Source of the DNA: Chitinophaga pinensis
GTDB taxonomy: Bacteria > Bacteroidota > Bacteroidia > NS11-12g > UBA955
Length of the DNA stretch: 64,000 nt
Direction: 5' to 3'
Assembly: GCA_945888525.1 (NCBI GenBank)
Contig: CAMDAF010000005.1
Coordinates: 34,512-98,511 of the forward strand
Shown: positions 46,839 to 55,720 of the stretch, one piece after another
Numbering within the stretch: the first letter of the stretch is position 1
Layout of the letters: each line of letters opens with the position of its first letter
The notes under the pieces: model-generated
What the model was told of the DNA's origin: nothing
The model's input: the letters and a program-made list of their open reading frames with translations, nothing else
The model's database searches: none
Made by a program: the position numbers and the translations under genes

Positions 46839-47939
46839 TTAGATTTTTGATTGCAAAAGCATGGTATCGTGAACCCTTTTTTCAGCCAATTTGATCGCTG
46901 CAAGTTGGGTGTTGATATTGTCTTCTTCAGATTTGCTGTAAATATTTAAAACAGTATTGTAAATGTTTTCTGTTTGCGCAAAGGCGATTTCTCTTACATA
47001 ACCATTCCACTCACTGTACACATTGATTAATCCACCAGCATTAATTAAGAAATCTGGAGCATATAAAATGCCTTTATTCTTAATCATATCACCGTGAATG
47101 GTTTCATCTTCCAATTGATTGTTTGCAGCACCTGCAACTATTTGACACTTTAAACTGTTGATATTGTTTTCGTTTAATATTGCACCTAGTGCACACGGCG
47201 CAAAAATATCAACATCCTGAGAAAAAATTTCGCTTGGACCTACAATGCTCGCTCCAAACTTATCAGATGCCACTTTTAAGCCAGACTCATAGATATCACT
47301 TGCGATAATATGAGCGCCTTCTTTATGCAACAACTCAATTAAATGCAAACCTACTTTGCCTGTTCCTTGAACTGCAATCTTTTTACCACCTAAATTATCG
47401 CTGCCATAAGCTTTCTTAGCACTTGCTTTAATGCCCATGTAAACACCGTATGCAGTTACAGGACTTGGATCACCTCCACCGCCCATAATCTCTGGTAAAC
47501 CAACAACGTGATTGGTTTCCATTTTAACATACTCCATGTCTTTAGTGGTCGTTCCTACATCTTCTGCTGTTACGTATTTGCCGCCTAGATTTTCAACAAA
47601 TCTTCCAAACTTGCGCATCAAATGCTCTGATTTGTCTTTGCTTGGATCTCCGATGATAACCGCTTTTGCACCACCTAAATTCAAGCCACTAATTGCCGCT
47701 TTATAGGTCATACCCCTAGAGAGTCTTAGGGCATCATTTATTGCTTCTGCTTCGGTAGCATATTTCCACATCCTTGTTCCACCTAATCCCGGGCCTAAAA
47801 CAGTGTTGTGAATTGCGATAATCGCTTTTAACCCTGTGTGGTTGTCCTGACAAATCAGAACTTGTTCGTGGTCATAATGGGCAACTTTAGCGAACACATC
47901 AAATTGTGTATCGTTTGTACTGGCTTTTCCTTGGGTCAT
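46839..47939 (-). CDS. leucine (Leu/Val/Phe) dehydrogenase
   Basis: Strong resemblance to Bacillus LeuDH: YDHEQVLICQD..TGLKAIIAIHNTVLGPGLGGTRMW.Y, LRLSRGMTYKAAISGLNLGGAKAVIIGDP, and GxGxxG VQGTGKVG. Confidence 0.88.
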   Translation of the reverse strand: MTQGKASTNDTQFDVFAKVAHYDHEQVLICQDNHTGLKAIIAIHNTVLGPGLGGTRMWKYATEAEAINDALRLSRGMTYKAAISGLNLGGAKAVIIGDPSKDKSEHLMRKFGRFVENLGGKYVTAEDVGTTTKDMEYVKMETNHVVGLPEIMGGGGDPSPVTAYGVYMGIKASAKKAYGSDNLGGKKIAVQGTGKVGLHLIELLHKEGAHIIASDIYESGLKVASDKFGASIVGPSEIFSQDVDIFAPCALGAILNENNINSLKCQIVAGAANNQLEDETIHGDMIKNKGILYAPDFLINAGGLINVYSEWNGYVREIAFAQTENIYNTVLNIYSKSEEDNINTQLAAIKLAEKRVHDTMLLQSKI

Positions 47940-47978
47940 TTTTCGTGTATTAATTTAGTGATTTAAAAATTAAAGGTG

Positions 47979-47986
47979 CAAATGTA
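47979..47986 (-). promoter_or_regulatory. Bacteroidota -7 box (TACATTTG on minus strand) for the leucine dehydrogenase gene
   Basis: Plus strand CAAATGTA, 40 nt upstream of ATG 47939. Confidence 0.4.
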
Positions 47987-48082
47987 ATTAATTATTATCT
48001 ATAATTTATGTGTTCAAAGTATTATTTTGAACATCAAATTTGCTGCGGTTTATTGAACGTAATTGCTTGAAAGCTAAGTTTA

Positions 48083-49051
48083 TTATTTAAAATCCTTGTA
48101 GTCAGCTGCGGCTCTTTTCAAGCGATCATTTATTGCTTTTCCTAGTCCGATATCTGGAACATTGGTAGCTAAAATGCAATCAAAACTTAAACTGTCTAAT
48201 AGCCGCATATAGTGAAATAAATTCTGAGCGGCTTCAGCTAAATCTGAGTTCGAACTTAAATTCAAAGTGTAGACATCCTCTGGAAGTTGAATGTCTCCAA
48301 ACCCCAGATAAGCAAGCTTCTTACTTCTAAATTTGATTAAAGCACTTTCTATATTTTCAATTAAAACAAAAGGGGTTTTAGGGGCGTAATGTTTATCGAG
48401 TTGCCCGGGTGAACTTGGATTACTACTAGAGGAAATATCTATTTTAATAGGTATTCCGAGGCATTTTTCAATTTCTAAAACAGAAAGACCACCCAGTCGT
48501 CTTACCGCCAACACATCTGTGCTGCAATCTACAATTGTACTTTCCAAACCTACCTGACAGTCGCCACCATCCAAGATGTATGGCACCAATTGTCCTAATT
48601 GAGTTTCTACATGCTCTGCTTTGGTTGGACTGATATAACCAAATGGATTTGCACTTGGCGCTGCTAGAGGAAAATCCAAATGCCTGAGCAAAGACAAGGT
48701 GAGTGGATGGTTGGGGATTCTAACTGCCACCAAATGACTTCCAGCAGTTACAATATCTGGAACCAATTCATTCTTATTTAAAAGAAGAGTTAATGGCCCA
48801 GGCCAAAAGGCTTCTGCAAGCTTTAGTGCATTTGAATTAAAATCAAGAACATATTTTTGAATGGACGCAATGTCTGAAAAATGCAAAATTAAAGGATCGA
48901 AAAACGGCCTATTCTTAATTTCGAAAATTGAAACGACTGACTTTTCATTTAAGGCATTGGCAGCTAATCCGTAAACCGTTTCTGTTGGGATTCCAATAAC
49001 TTGCCCATCTTTTAATAACTTTGCTGCAACTTCAAGCGCTCCGCCAATCAT
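48083..49051 (-). CDS. tsaC: L-threonylcarbamoyladenylate synthase (YrdC + Sua5 domains)
   Basis: IGIPTETVYGLAANA, GPLTLLL, RIPNHP, APSANPFG, plus a C-terminal Sua5-type domain. 322 aa. Confidence 0.88.
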   Translation of the reverse strand: MIGGALEVAAKLLKDGQVIGIPTETVYGLAANALNEKSVVSIFEIKNRPFFDPLILHFSDIASIQKYVLDFNSNALKLAEAFWPGPLTLLLNKNELVPDIVTAGSHLVAVRIPNHPLTLSLLRHLDFPLAAPSANPFGYISPTKAEHVETQLGQLVPYILDGGDCQVGLESTIVDCSTDVLAVRRLGGLSVLEIEKCLGIPIKIDISSSSNPSSPGQLDKHYAPKTPFVLIENIESALIKFRSKKLAYLGFGDIQLPEDVYTLNLSSNSDLAEAAQNLFHYMRLLDSLSFDCILATNVPDIGLGKAINDRLKRAAADYKDFK

Positions 49052-49054
49052 CGA

Positions 49055-50410
49055 TTAATTGCGTTTAAGACTGTATTTATCAATCTTATTGTAAAGATGA
49101 CTTCTTTGAATGTCGATTTCTACAGCTGTTTTTGCGACATTCCAATTGTTCTTTTTCAATTTTGCTTCTAAAAATATAGTTTCAGCATAGTCTTTAAAGT
49201 CTTGGAATTTATCAAATTTGTCAATCATCACATTTTGTGTTTTTGACACAGGAGTTGAAGGGTTGCTGTAGGCAATAACATCCTCTGTAGTTATTTTAGC
49301 CTCTGACAAAATAACCAAGCGCTCAATGACATTTCTTAATTCTCTGATATTTCCTGTCCAATCAACATTTTTTAATTCATCCAATGCACCGTGGGCAAAA
49401 GTTTTCTTCACGCCGTTATCTTCACAAATTTCTTTCAAGAACTTTTCTGCAATAACTGGTATGTCAGCAACGCGCTCGTTTAAAGTAGGCACATGTATCA
49501 TAATTACGCTTAAACGGTGGTAAAGGTCCATTCTAAATTGATTTTTTTCGATTTCGTCAATAAGATTTTTATTGGTAGCTGCCAAAACACGCACATCCAC
49601 ATGAACTGCTTTATCTCCGCCTACTCTTTGTAAAACACCTTCTTGTATCACCCTCAAAACTTTTGCTTGAGCGGATAAACTCATGTCGCCAATTTCATCT
49701 AAAAACAAGGTACCACCGTTGGCTTGCTCAAATTTACCAATTCTTTGTTTTATGGCAGTTGTAAATGCGCCTTTTTCATGTCCAAAAAGCTCGCTTTCAA
49801 TTAATTCACTTGGAATGGCAGCACAATTCACCTCAATTAATGGCATGTTTGCACGGTTGCTTTTCTCATGAATCCATCTTGCAACGAGTTCTTTTCCTGT
49901 ACCGTTTTCACCGGAAATTAGAACACGTGCATCCGTAGGGGCAACTTTGTCAATGGTGTCTTTTATTTTTTGAATAGAAACAGTTTCACCTATAATATCT
50001 CTGGTTTTGGAAACTTTTCTGCGCAATACCTTCGCTTCTATAACTAAATTGTTTTTTTCAACTGCGTTGCGTATGGTAATTAACAACCTGTTTAAATCGG
50101 GTGGTTTTGAGATGAAATCATAAGCGCCTTTTCTTACGGCTTCAACAGCTATCTCAATAGTTCCGTGCCCAGAAATTAAAATAAAAGGAACCTCAGGTGC
50201 TATTTCTGTTGCTTTGGCCATCACTTCCAGACCATCCATTCCAGGCATTTTTATATCACATAAAACAACATCATAGTCGTTTTCGTTTAACATTTCTAAA
50301 CCTTTTTTGCCGTTTTCTACAATATCAACATGATACAGCTCGGCAGTTAAAATATTGTGTAAGGCATCCCTGATTGGTTTTTCGTCGTCAATTACTAGTA
50401 TTTTTGGCAT
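49055..50410 (-). CDS. sigma54-dependent response regulator (REC + AAA+ + Fis-type HTH), no adjacent histidine kinase
   Basis: Start set at MPKILVIDDE (ATG 50410, 16 nt after a TATTTTTG box). REC: VLCDIKMPGMDG. Walker A GENGTGKE. Sigma54-contact loop reads GAFTTA rather than the canonical GAFTGA. Walker B LFLDEIGDM. C-terminal HTH NVAKTAVEIDIQRSHLYNKI. Confidence 0.88.
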   Translation of the reverse strand: MPKILVIDDEKPIRDALHNILTAELYHVDIVENGKKGLEMLNENDYDVVLCDIKMPGMDGLEVMAKATEIAPEVPFILISGHGTIEIAVEAVRKGAYDFISKPPDLNRLLITIRNAVEKNNLVIEAKVLRRKVSKTRDIIGETVSIQKIKDTIDKVAPTDARVLISGENGTGKELVARWIHEKSNRANMPLIEVNCAAIPSELIESELFGHEKGAFTTAIKQRIGKFEQANGGTLFLDEIGDMSLSAQAKVLRVIQEGVLQRVGGDKAVHVDVRVLAATNKNLIDEIEKNQFRMDLYHRLSVIMIHVPTLNERVADIPVIAEKFLKEICEDNGVKKTFAHGALDELKNVDWTGNIRELRNVIERLVILSEAKITTEDVIAYSNPSTPVSKTQNVMIDKFDKFQDFKDYAETIFLEAKLKKNNWNVAKTAVEIDIQRSHLYNKIDKYSLKRN

Positions 50411-50425
50411 ATTGGATAGTGTATT

Positions 50426-50433
50426 CAAAAATA
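50426..50433 (-). promoter_or_regulatory. Bacteroidota -7 box (TATTTTTG on minus strand) for the response-regulator gene
   Basis: Plus strand CAAAAATA, 16 nt upstream of ATG 50410. The TTG start used by the ORF track lies inside this box. Confidence 0.4.
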
Positions 50434-50475
50434 TACAATATTATGCTATGTAAAATAAACAAGTTTTAGACAGAA

Positions 50476-52617
50476 TTAACGAATCAACTCGACAACGCCA
50501 TTGTACGAACGAAGCAAATTGGTTTTGGAATTCGTGAAATCAAAAAGATAGTAATACGTACCTGATGGACAAGGGGTTGAAATGTCATTATTAAATCCTC
50601 CATTCCAATATGAATCTATAGGATAATTAAAAGTGTACACCAAAATACCCCAACGGTTATATATTTTGCCATTCACCTGGTCAAATCCACTGAAATTTGT
50701 TTCAAATAAATCGTTAAAATTATCATTGGAATTGGAGTTGATGCTGCTTGGCGTAAATACATTCGGAATAATAATTGAATTGGTGTCACAATTAATAAAC
50801 TTCAGATCTATAGTATCTGTGTAAGAACATTGATTTGAATCCGTTAGTTTTAGCCATACCTTTTGAGCATTGTTTACCACCACAATGTTCAAATTGCTTC
50901 CATTGCTCCATGAAAACCTGGTTTTGGGTTCAACAACTGGTGAGACTTGAAAAAAGTCACCAAAACATAAAATAGTGTCCTTTCCTAAATCAAAATAAGG
51001 ACGCTTATTAACAGTTATTGTTTTTGTAAAGGTATCATTCAAGCAACCAACATTGTTAGGATAATTAGCGCTTAGTTTTAGCTGATAGACACCTGTTTTT
51101 GGATACTGTTTGTTGACTGAATCTCCGATTTGAAATGAGCCATCACCAAAACTCCAGCTAAATTGAGCAAAAGAATCCGATCTTGCTTTGAATTTAAATA
51201 CATTAGAAGAATCGCAAGTTTTGTATTGATTTGCCGCTAAGAATATTTGTGTCTTATTGTTTTCGAAACTTGAGCCAATTTCAGATGCATAACTTTCATC
51301 TATTCCAAAGGCATACATATAGGCTATAAAACCTAACTCTGAACTTATTTTGTATTTAAGTGCAGGATTTAATTTGATGCTTCCAACCGCATTTTGACAA
51401 GAATTTTTAAATTTACTCGAATCAATAGGGTTTCCATTAATTCTAATTTTGTATAAACTTCCAATTGGTGCAGTTATCCCTACATAAAAATCAGCAGGAA
51501 AACTTGGGTTTTGAGAGATTTTTGAAGTGATAGGGAAGCTAAATCCAATGGCATTGGTGGTTTGGTTGTTAGGGACTACATTCATTAGACTAGGATTGCC
51601 CAATTTATCAACCTGTCCATTGCATTCTCCACTTTTCATTAACTCCACAACTGAAACCAATTTATCCGATTCAATACAAACTGCAATGTTTGTTTTTTGG
51701 TTGTATTGGTATACACCTCCTTTGTTCAGATTAATTGTTAACACACCATCTATTTTAATGTTGGTGTTATTTTCTGTGGCCACAACTTGATAAATATAGC
51801 CACCACCAATGGTTTCATAGGGTAGGGTGGTAAACGATTTTCCTAAAAACTGCACGGGTCTTGTTTGGTTGTACAGATGGTCGCAACCACGGCAATTGGG
51901 TGTTGAATAATCTACATAGGAACATTTTGCGCCCTCAAAAACGGCAAATCTTTTGCAGCCATTGCTGTTCCATATATGCGTTCCTGCAAATGATTGACTG
52001 TCTTGGGCTTGTTCGTAGTAAACCTGACCTTTTCTAAGCCAAATTCCAAATGGTGTATTTTTTACTAAATTGTATTTTGAATCCGCACTAGGCATCACAT
52101 TGATATAGCAACTGTCATCAATTGCGACAACTGAAAACAAGCTGTTATTTTCTTTCCCTATAGATTCATCTCCTCTGTATGTGTTAACGTAATAATCTGG
52201 GTTGCCAGGAATATTTTCAGAAGGCGTAATAACAGAAATATCGCTGCTGTTCTGAACATTATTCATTGCATATAGCGCAAAAAAAGAATTGGATTTAGTA
52301 TTAATTAGAATGCTTTTATTAGGTCCAAAAACAAAAGCATTCGGAGAACTAAACTTGGTGTAACTAATAATGGTATCATAGTTTTTATAAACAATGGTTT
52401 CAAATGCAGAATTGCCCACATAAATGCGAACAGTATCTGGAAGCTTCGTTAATGAAACTACAAACGATACCTTGTCTAAACTCCCGTAATTTTCTAAGAA
52501 AGTAAAACGAAACTCTTTTCCGTAATTGTTATTTTGGTTTTGAGCTTCTGATCTACTTGTGCTTAATAAAAATAAAAAAGTTAGGAATAGGAGGGAAATT
52601 GATGGCAAAAAGCGCAT
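50476..52617 (-). CDS. secreted protein with PKD-like domain and T9SS type-B C-terminal domain; N-terminal region possibly IgGFc-binding-like
   Basis: Signal MRFLPSISLLFLTFLFLLSTSRSEAQ. N-terminal GKEFRFTFLENYG (tentative IgGFc-binding-N-like). WSFGDGS PKD signature. C-terminus IIPNVFTPS...NDLF...IYNRWGILVYTF...WNGGF...GTYYYLF. Confidence 0.8.
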   Translation of the reverse strand: MRFLPSISLLFLTFLFLLSTSRSEAQNQNNNYGKEFRFTFLENYGSLDKVSFVVSLTKLPDTVRIYVGNSAFETIVYKNYDTIISYTKFSSPNAFVFGPNKSILINTKSNSFFALYAMNNVQNSSDISVITPSENIPGNPDYYVNTYRGDESIGKENNSLFSVVAIDDSCYINVMPSADSKYNLVKNTPFGIWLRKGQVYYEQAQDSQSFAGTHIWNSNGCKRFAVFEGAKCSYVDYSTPNCRGCDHLYNQTRPVQFLGKSFTTLPYETIGGGYIYQVVATENNTNIKIDGVLTINLNKGGVYQYNQKTNIAVCIESDKLVSVVELMKSGECNGQVDKLGNPSLMNVVPNNQTTNAIGFSFPITSKISQNPSFPADFYVGITAPIGSLYKIRINGNPIDSSKFKNSCQNAVGSIKLNPALKYKISSELGFIAYMYAFGIDESYASEIGSSFENNKTQIFLAANQYKTCDSSNVFKFKARSDSFAQFSWSFGDGSFQIGDSVNKQYPKTGVYQLKLSANYPNNVGCLNDTFTKTITVNKRPYFDLGKDTILCFGDFFQVSPVVEPKTRFSWSNGSNLNIVVVNNAQKVWLKLTDSNQCSYTDTIDLKFINCDTNSIIIPNVFTPSSINSNSNDNFNDLFETNFSGFDQVNGKIYNRWGILVYTFNYPIDSYWNGGFNNDISTPCPSGTYYYLFDFTNSKTNLLRSYNGVVELIR

Positions 52618-52703
52618 GTATTTGTGTAAATATATTTTTTTCTTTTATCAAGTAAATCTCTACTTTTGACGACATTTCTATGGATAAGGTTGCCCCTGTC
52701 CGC

Positions 52704-52711
52704 TATTTTTG
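52704..52711 (+). promoter_or_regulatory. Bacteroidota -7 box (TATTTTTG) for the M16 peptidase gene
   Basis: Matches TAnnTTTG, 28 nt upstream of ATG 52739. Confidence 0.45.
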
Positions 52712-52727
52712 TGCAATAATTATTCCA
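52712..52727 (-). promoter_or_regulatory. candidate sigma54 -24/-12 promoter facing the T9SS cargo gene
   Basis: Minus strand reads TGGAATAATTATTGCA. Aligned to TGGCACG-N4-TTGCW it keeps T-G-G, A5 and all of TTGCA with exact GG-to-GC spacing (9 of 12 specified positions). The -12 element lies about 95 nt upstream of ATG 52617. Confidence 0.35.
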
Positions 52728-52738
52728 AAATTTATAAA

Positions 52739-55591
52739 ATGAAAAAATTGTATTATTTTTCGATTGCTTTAGCCCTTTTCTTGTCTCGGGATCTAAGTGC
52801 ACAAACCGCCACTTTAATTAAAAAAGTGGAAGCCCAACCAGGCAAATTAATGATTCCTTATGAGAAATACCGTTTACCGAATGGCCTAACTGTTATTATT
52901 AATGAGGACCATAGTGATCCAATTGTGCATGTTGAAGTGACTTACCACGTAGGTTCTAACCGTGAAACAATGAAAAGAACAGGTTTTGCGCACTTCTTCG
53001 AGCATATGATGTTTCAAGGTTCTCAAAACGTTGCAGATGAAGAACACTTTAAAATCGTACAAGGTTCTGGTGGCGATATGAATGGAACAACAAACAGGGA
53101 TAGAACCAACTATTTCGAAACCGTTCCTAGCAATATGCTTGAAACCGCATTATGGCTTGAAGCGGATAGAATGGGTTTCTTGCTTCCAGCGTTTACAAAT
53201 AAAAAGTTTGAGAATCAAAGGAAAACCGTAAAAAACGAAAAAGACCAAAGATATGCAGATGGTTATGGCATGATGCCAGAAGTAAAAGATCAAATGCTTT
53301 ATCCATATGGGCATCCTTACAGCTGGCAAACGATCGGCTATGTTGATGACTTAAACGATGCCGATTCTACTGACTTGAAAAATTTCTTTCTTAAATGGTA
53401 TGGTCCAAACAATGCCATTTTGGTGATTTCTGGTGATGTAAATACAAAAGAAGCTTTGGCTTTGGTTGAAAAATACTTTGGTGCCATCAATAGAGGTCCA
53501 GAGGTTTCTCCCTTAATGAAAACGCCCATCGTTTTAGAGGAGCAAAAAATCAAATCAATTACAAGTAAGGTTTTTGCTCCATTAGCAACCATCAATTACC
53601 CAAGCGTACCTACTTTTCATAAAGATGAACCTGCATTGGATATGTTGGCTCAACTTTTAGGAAATGGTAAAAATTCAGTTTTGTATAAGAACTTTATTGA
53701 CAACGAAATGGCTCTGCAAGCTTCTTGCTTTAACAGTTCATTTGAAGTTGCCGGTGAATTCAGCTTTATCCTTGTAACGTATCCTGAAAAGTTCGGTGGT
53801 CTTAACGAAAAAGACATGAGAGACTATCTTGCTAAAGCTCTGTTAGAATTCGAAACCAATGGATTTACTGATGCAGAATTAAACAGAATCAAACAAGAAA
53901 TGGTTGCTGGATACTTTGGTGTAAGTGAAACGGTTGCGTCGAAAGCATCTGTGTTAACCCAATACGAAATGTTAACCAATGGCAACATGACCTTGGATAA
54001 AGACTTGGATAGATACAGAAATGTAAGCAAAGATGACATCATTAGGGTATACAACACCTATATTAAAGGTAAAAATTATGCATGCTTACACATTGTACCT
54101 GATCCACGTGCTGAAGCAGATCCAAATTTCAGAGTAGATGCTTATGAAAGTGAGAATCCTTATAAAAATGAAACGCCAGATAAGTCTGGGTATTCTAACT
54201 TGGTTTATAAACCAAATATTGATGTTGCTGGCTACGATAGAAATAAAAAACCAGTTGTGGCTGCCGCCAAACCAGCGATAGTTCCTGAGTTCTTTAAATC
54301 GACTTTTGACAATGGCATTAAAATTATTGGCACCAAAAACAATGAGTCACCTTTAGTCTACTTGAGCATGAACATTAGAGGTGCCCATTTATTTGAAACT
54401 GGAAAAATCAAGAACGGCACCGCTGCAATGCTGGCAAGCCTAATGAATGAAGGTACTTCCACTAAAACGGCTTTGGAAGTTGAAAACAGACTTAAAGCGC
54501 TAGGTAGCAATATCTCATTTAACGCAAACGGTCAAAGTTTCACCTGCATGGTTTCTTGTTTTAAAGATTCAATGAAACAAACGATGGCACTTTTTGAGGA
54601 CATGTTCTACAATCCAGCCTATGCTGAGAAAGAATTTAAAACGAATAAAAAGGCAATTTTAGGTTCAATCGCCAATGATAACTTTACACCGTCTAGTTTT
54701 GGTTCTAAAAACTTCAGACATCTTTTGTTTGGAATTGATAACCCTATAGGAACGACATCTTTAAGCGAATATTCAGTAGCAAATAAAATAACCATTGAAG
54801 ATTTGAAAAACTTTAAAGAGAATTTCCTTTCACCAAATTTAACCAGCATTTCATTTGTTGGAGACCTTGAAGAAGCTGTTGTATTAGAAAACTTAGCTTT
54901 CTTGAAAAAATGGCAAAACAAAAACTTGAGTATGCCAAGTTTTACCAATTTCCCTGCCAGCACTAAAACACAAATTTACATGGTTAACCAGGACAATGCG
55001 CCTCAAACAACCATCATGATAGGTTACAGAACCATTCCTTACGACATCGACGGCGATTTTTACAAAGCCAACATTATGAACTTTGCATTAGGCGGAGCGT
55101 TTAATTCACGTTTAAACCTCAATTTAAGGGAAGATAAAGGTTGGACTTACGGCATCCGTTCTGGCTTCGGCTCATCAGGATATGGATATCCTGGCACATT
55201 TAATATCAGTGCCGGTGTTAACGCAAGTGCAACAGATAGTGCTATAAATGAGATTTTCACTGAATTGAGAAAGTATGTAACAACAGGCATCAGCGATGAT
55301 GAACTTGATTTTACAAAAAAATCATTACTGGGTGGCGAAGCCTTAGATTACGAAAGTGCATTCGCTAAACTTGGATTCTTAACCCAAATCATTCAATTGG
55401 ATTTAGACCGTAATTTCAATGCTAAACGCTCAGAAATTATCAAAAACCTAAGCAAAGAAGATGTAAATGCCATTGCTAAGAAATACATTCAACTAGACAA
55501 TTTAATTATACTTTGTGTGGGTGATGATGTGAAGATTAAAGAAAAGCTTGAAGCACTTGGCTTAGGCAAAGTGAAAGTAATAAAGATGTAA
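52739..55591 (+). CDS. M16 (pitrilysin/insulinase) family zinc peptidase, double-length (two M16 units)
   Basis: Start set at MKKLYYFSIALALFLSRDLSAQ (signal). Inverted zinc motif HFFEHMMFQG. About 950 aa is consistent with fused active and inactive halves. Confidence 0.88.
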   Translation: MKKLYYFSIALALFLSRDLSAQTATLIKKVEAQPGKLMIPYEKYRLPNGLTVIINEDHSDPIVHVEVTYHVGSNRETMKRTGFAHFFEHMMFQGSQNVADEEHFKIVQGSGGDMNGTTNRDRTNYFETVPSNMLETALWLEADRMGFLLPAFTNKKFENQRKTVKNEKDQRYADGYGMMPEVKDQMLYPYGHPYSWQTIGYVDDLNDADSTDLKNFFLKWYGPNNAILVISGDVNTKEALALVEKYFGAINRGPEVSPLMKTPIVLEEQKIKSITSKVFAPLATINYPSVPTFHKDEPALDMLAQLLGNGKNSVLYKNFIDNEMALQASCFNSSFEVAGEFSFILVTYPEKFGGLNEKDMRDYLAKALLEFETNGFTDAELNRIKQEMVAGYFGVSETVASKASVLTQYEMLTNGNMTLDKDLDRYRNVSKDDIIRVYNTYIKGKNYACLHIVPDPRAEADPNFRVDAYESENPYKNETPDKSGYSNLVYKPNIDVAGYDRNKKPVVAAAKPAIVPEFFKSTFDNGIKIIGTKNNESPLVYLSMNIRGAHLFETGKIKNGTAAMLASLMNEGTSTKTALEVENRLKALGSNISFNANGQSFTCMVSCFKDSMKQTMALFEDMFYNPAYAEKEFKTNKKAILGSIANDNFTPSSFGSKNFRHLLFGIDNPIGTTSLSEYSVANKITIEDLKNFKENFLSPNLTSISFVGDLEEAVVLENLAFLKKWQNKNLSMPSFTNFPASTKTQIYMVNQDNAPQTTIMIGYRTIPYDIDGDFYKANIMNFALGGAFNSRLNLNLREDKGWTYGIRSGFGSSGYGYPGTFNISAGVNASATDSAINEIFTELRKYVTTGISDDELDFTKKSLLGGEALDYESAFAKLGFLTQIIQLDLDRNFNAKRSEIIKNLSKEDVNAIAKKYIQLDNLIILCVGDDVKIKEKLEALGLGKVKVIKM

Positions 55592-55610
55592 TCTCATTAA
55601 AATGTTATTC

Positions 55611-55641
55611 AAAAAAGCCTCAGAATTTCTGAGGCTTTTTT
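55611..55641 (+). terminator. rho-independent terminator after the M16 peptidase gene
   Basis: aaaaaagcctcag-aattt-ctgaggctttttt: 7-bp GC-rich core with A/T extension, followed by a T6 run. Confidence 0.8.
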
Positions 55642-55720
55642 GTTGGTATATTGTGGAATGTAATTTGAAAATTACCCCAAAAAAAAGTTATCTTGCACTG
55701 TTTTTAGAAATCAAACATTT

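Noticed and set aside
48012-48032. 7-bp hairpin gttcaaa-N7-tttgaac downstream of tsaC
   Set aside because: The stem is AT-rich with no following T-run on the relevant strand, so it is too weak to call a terminator.
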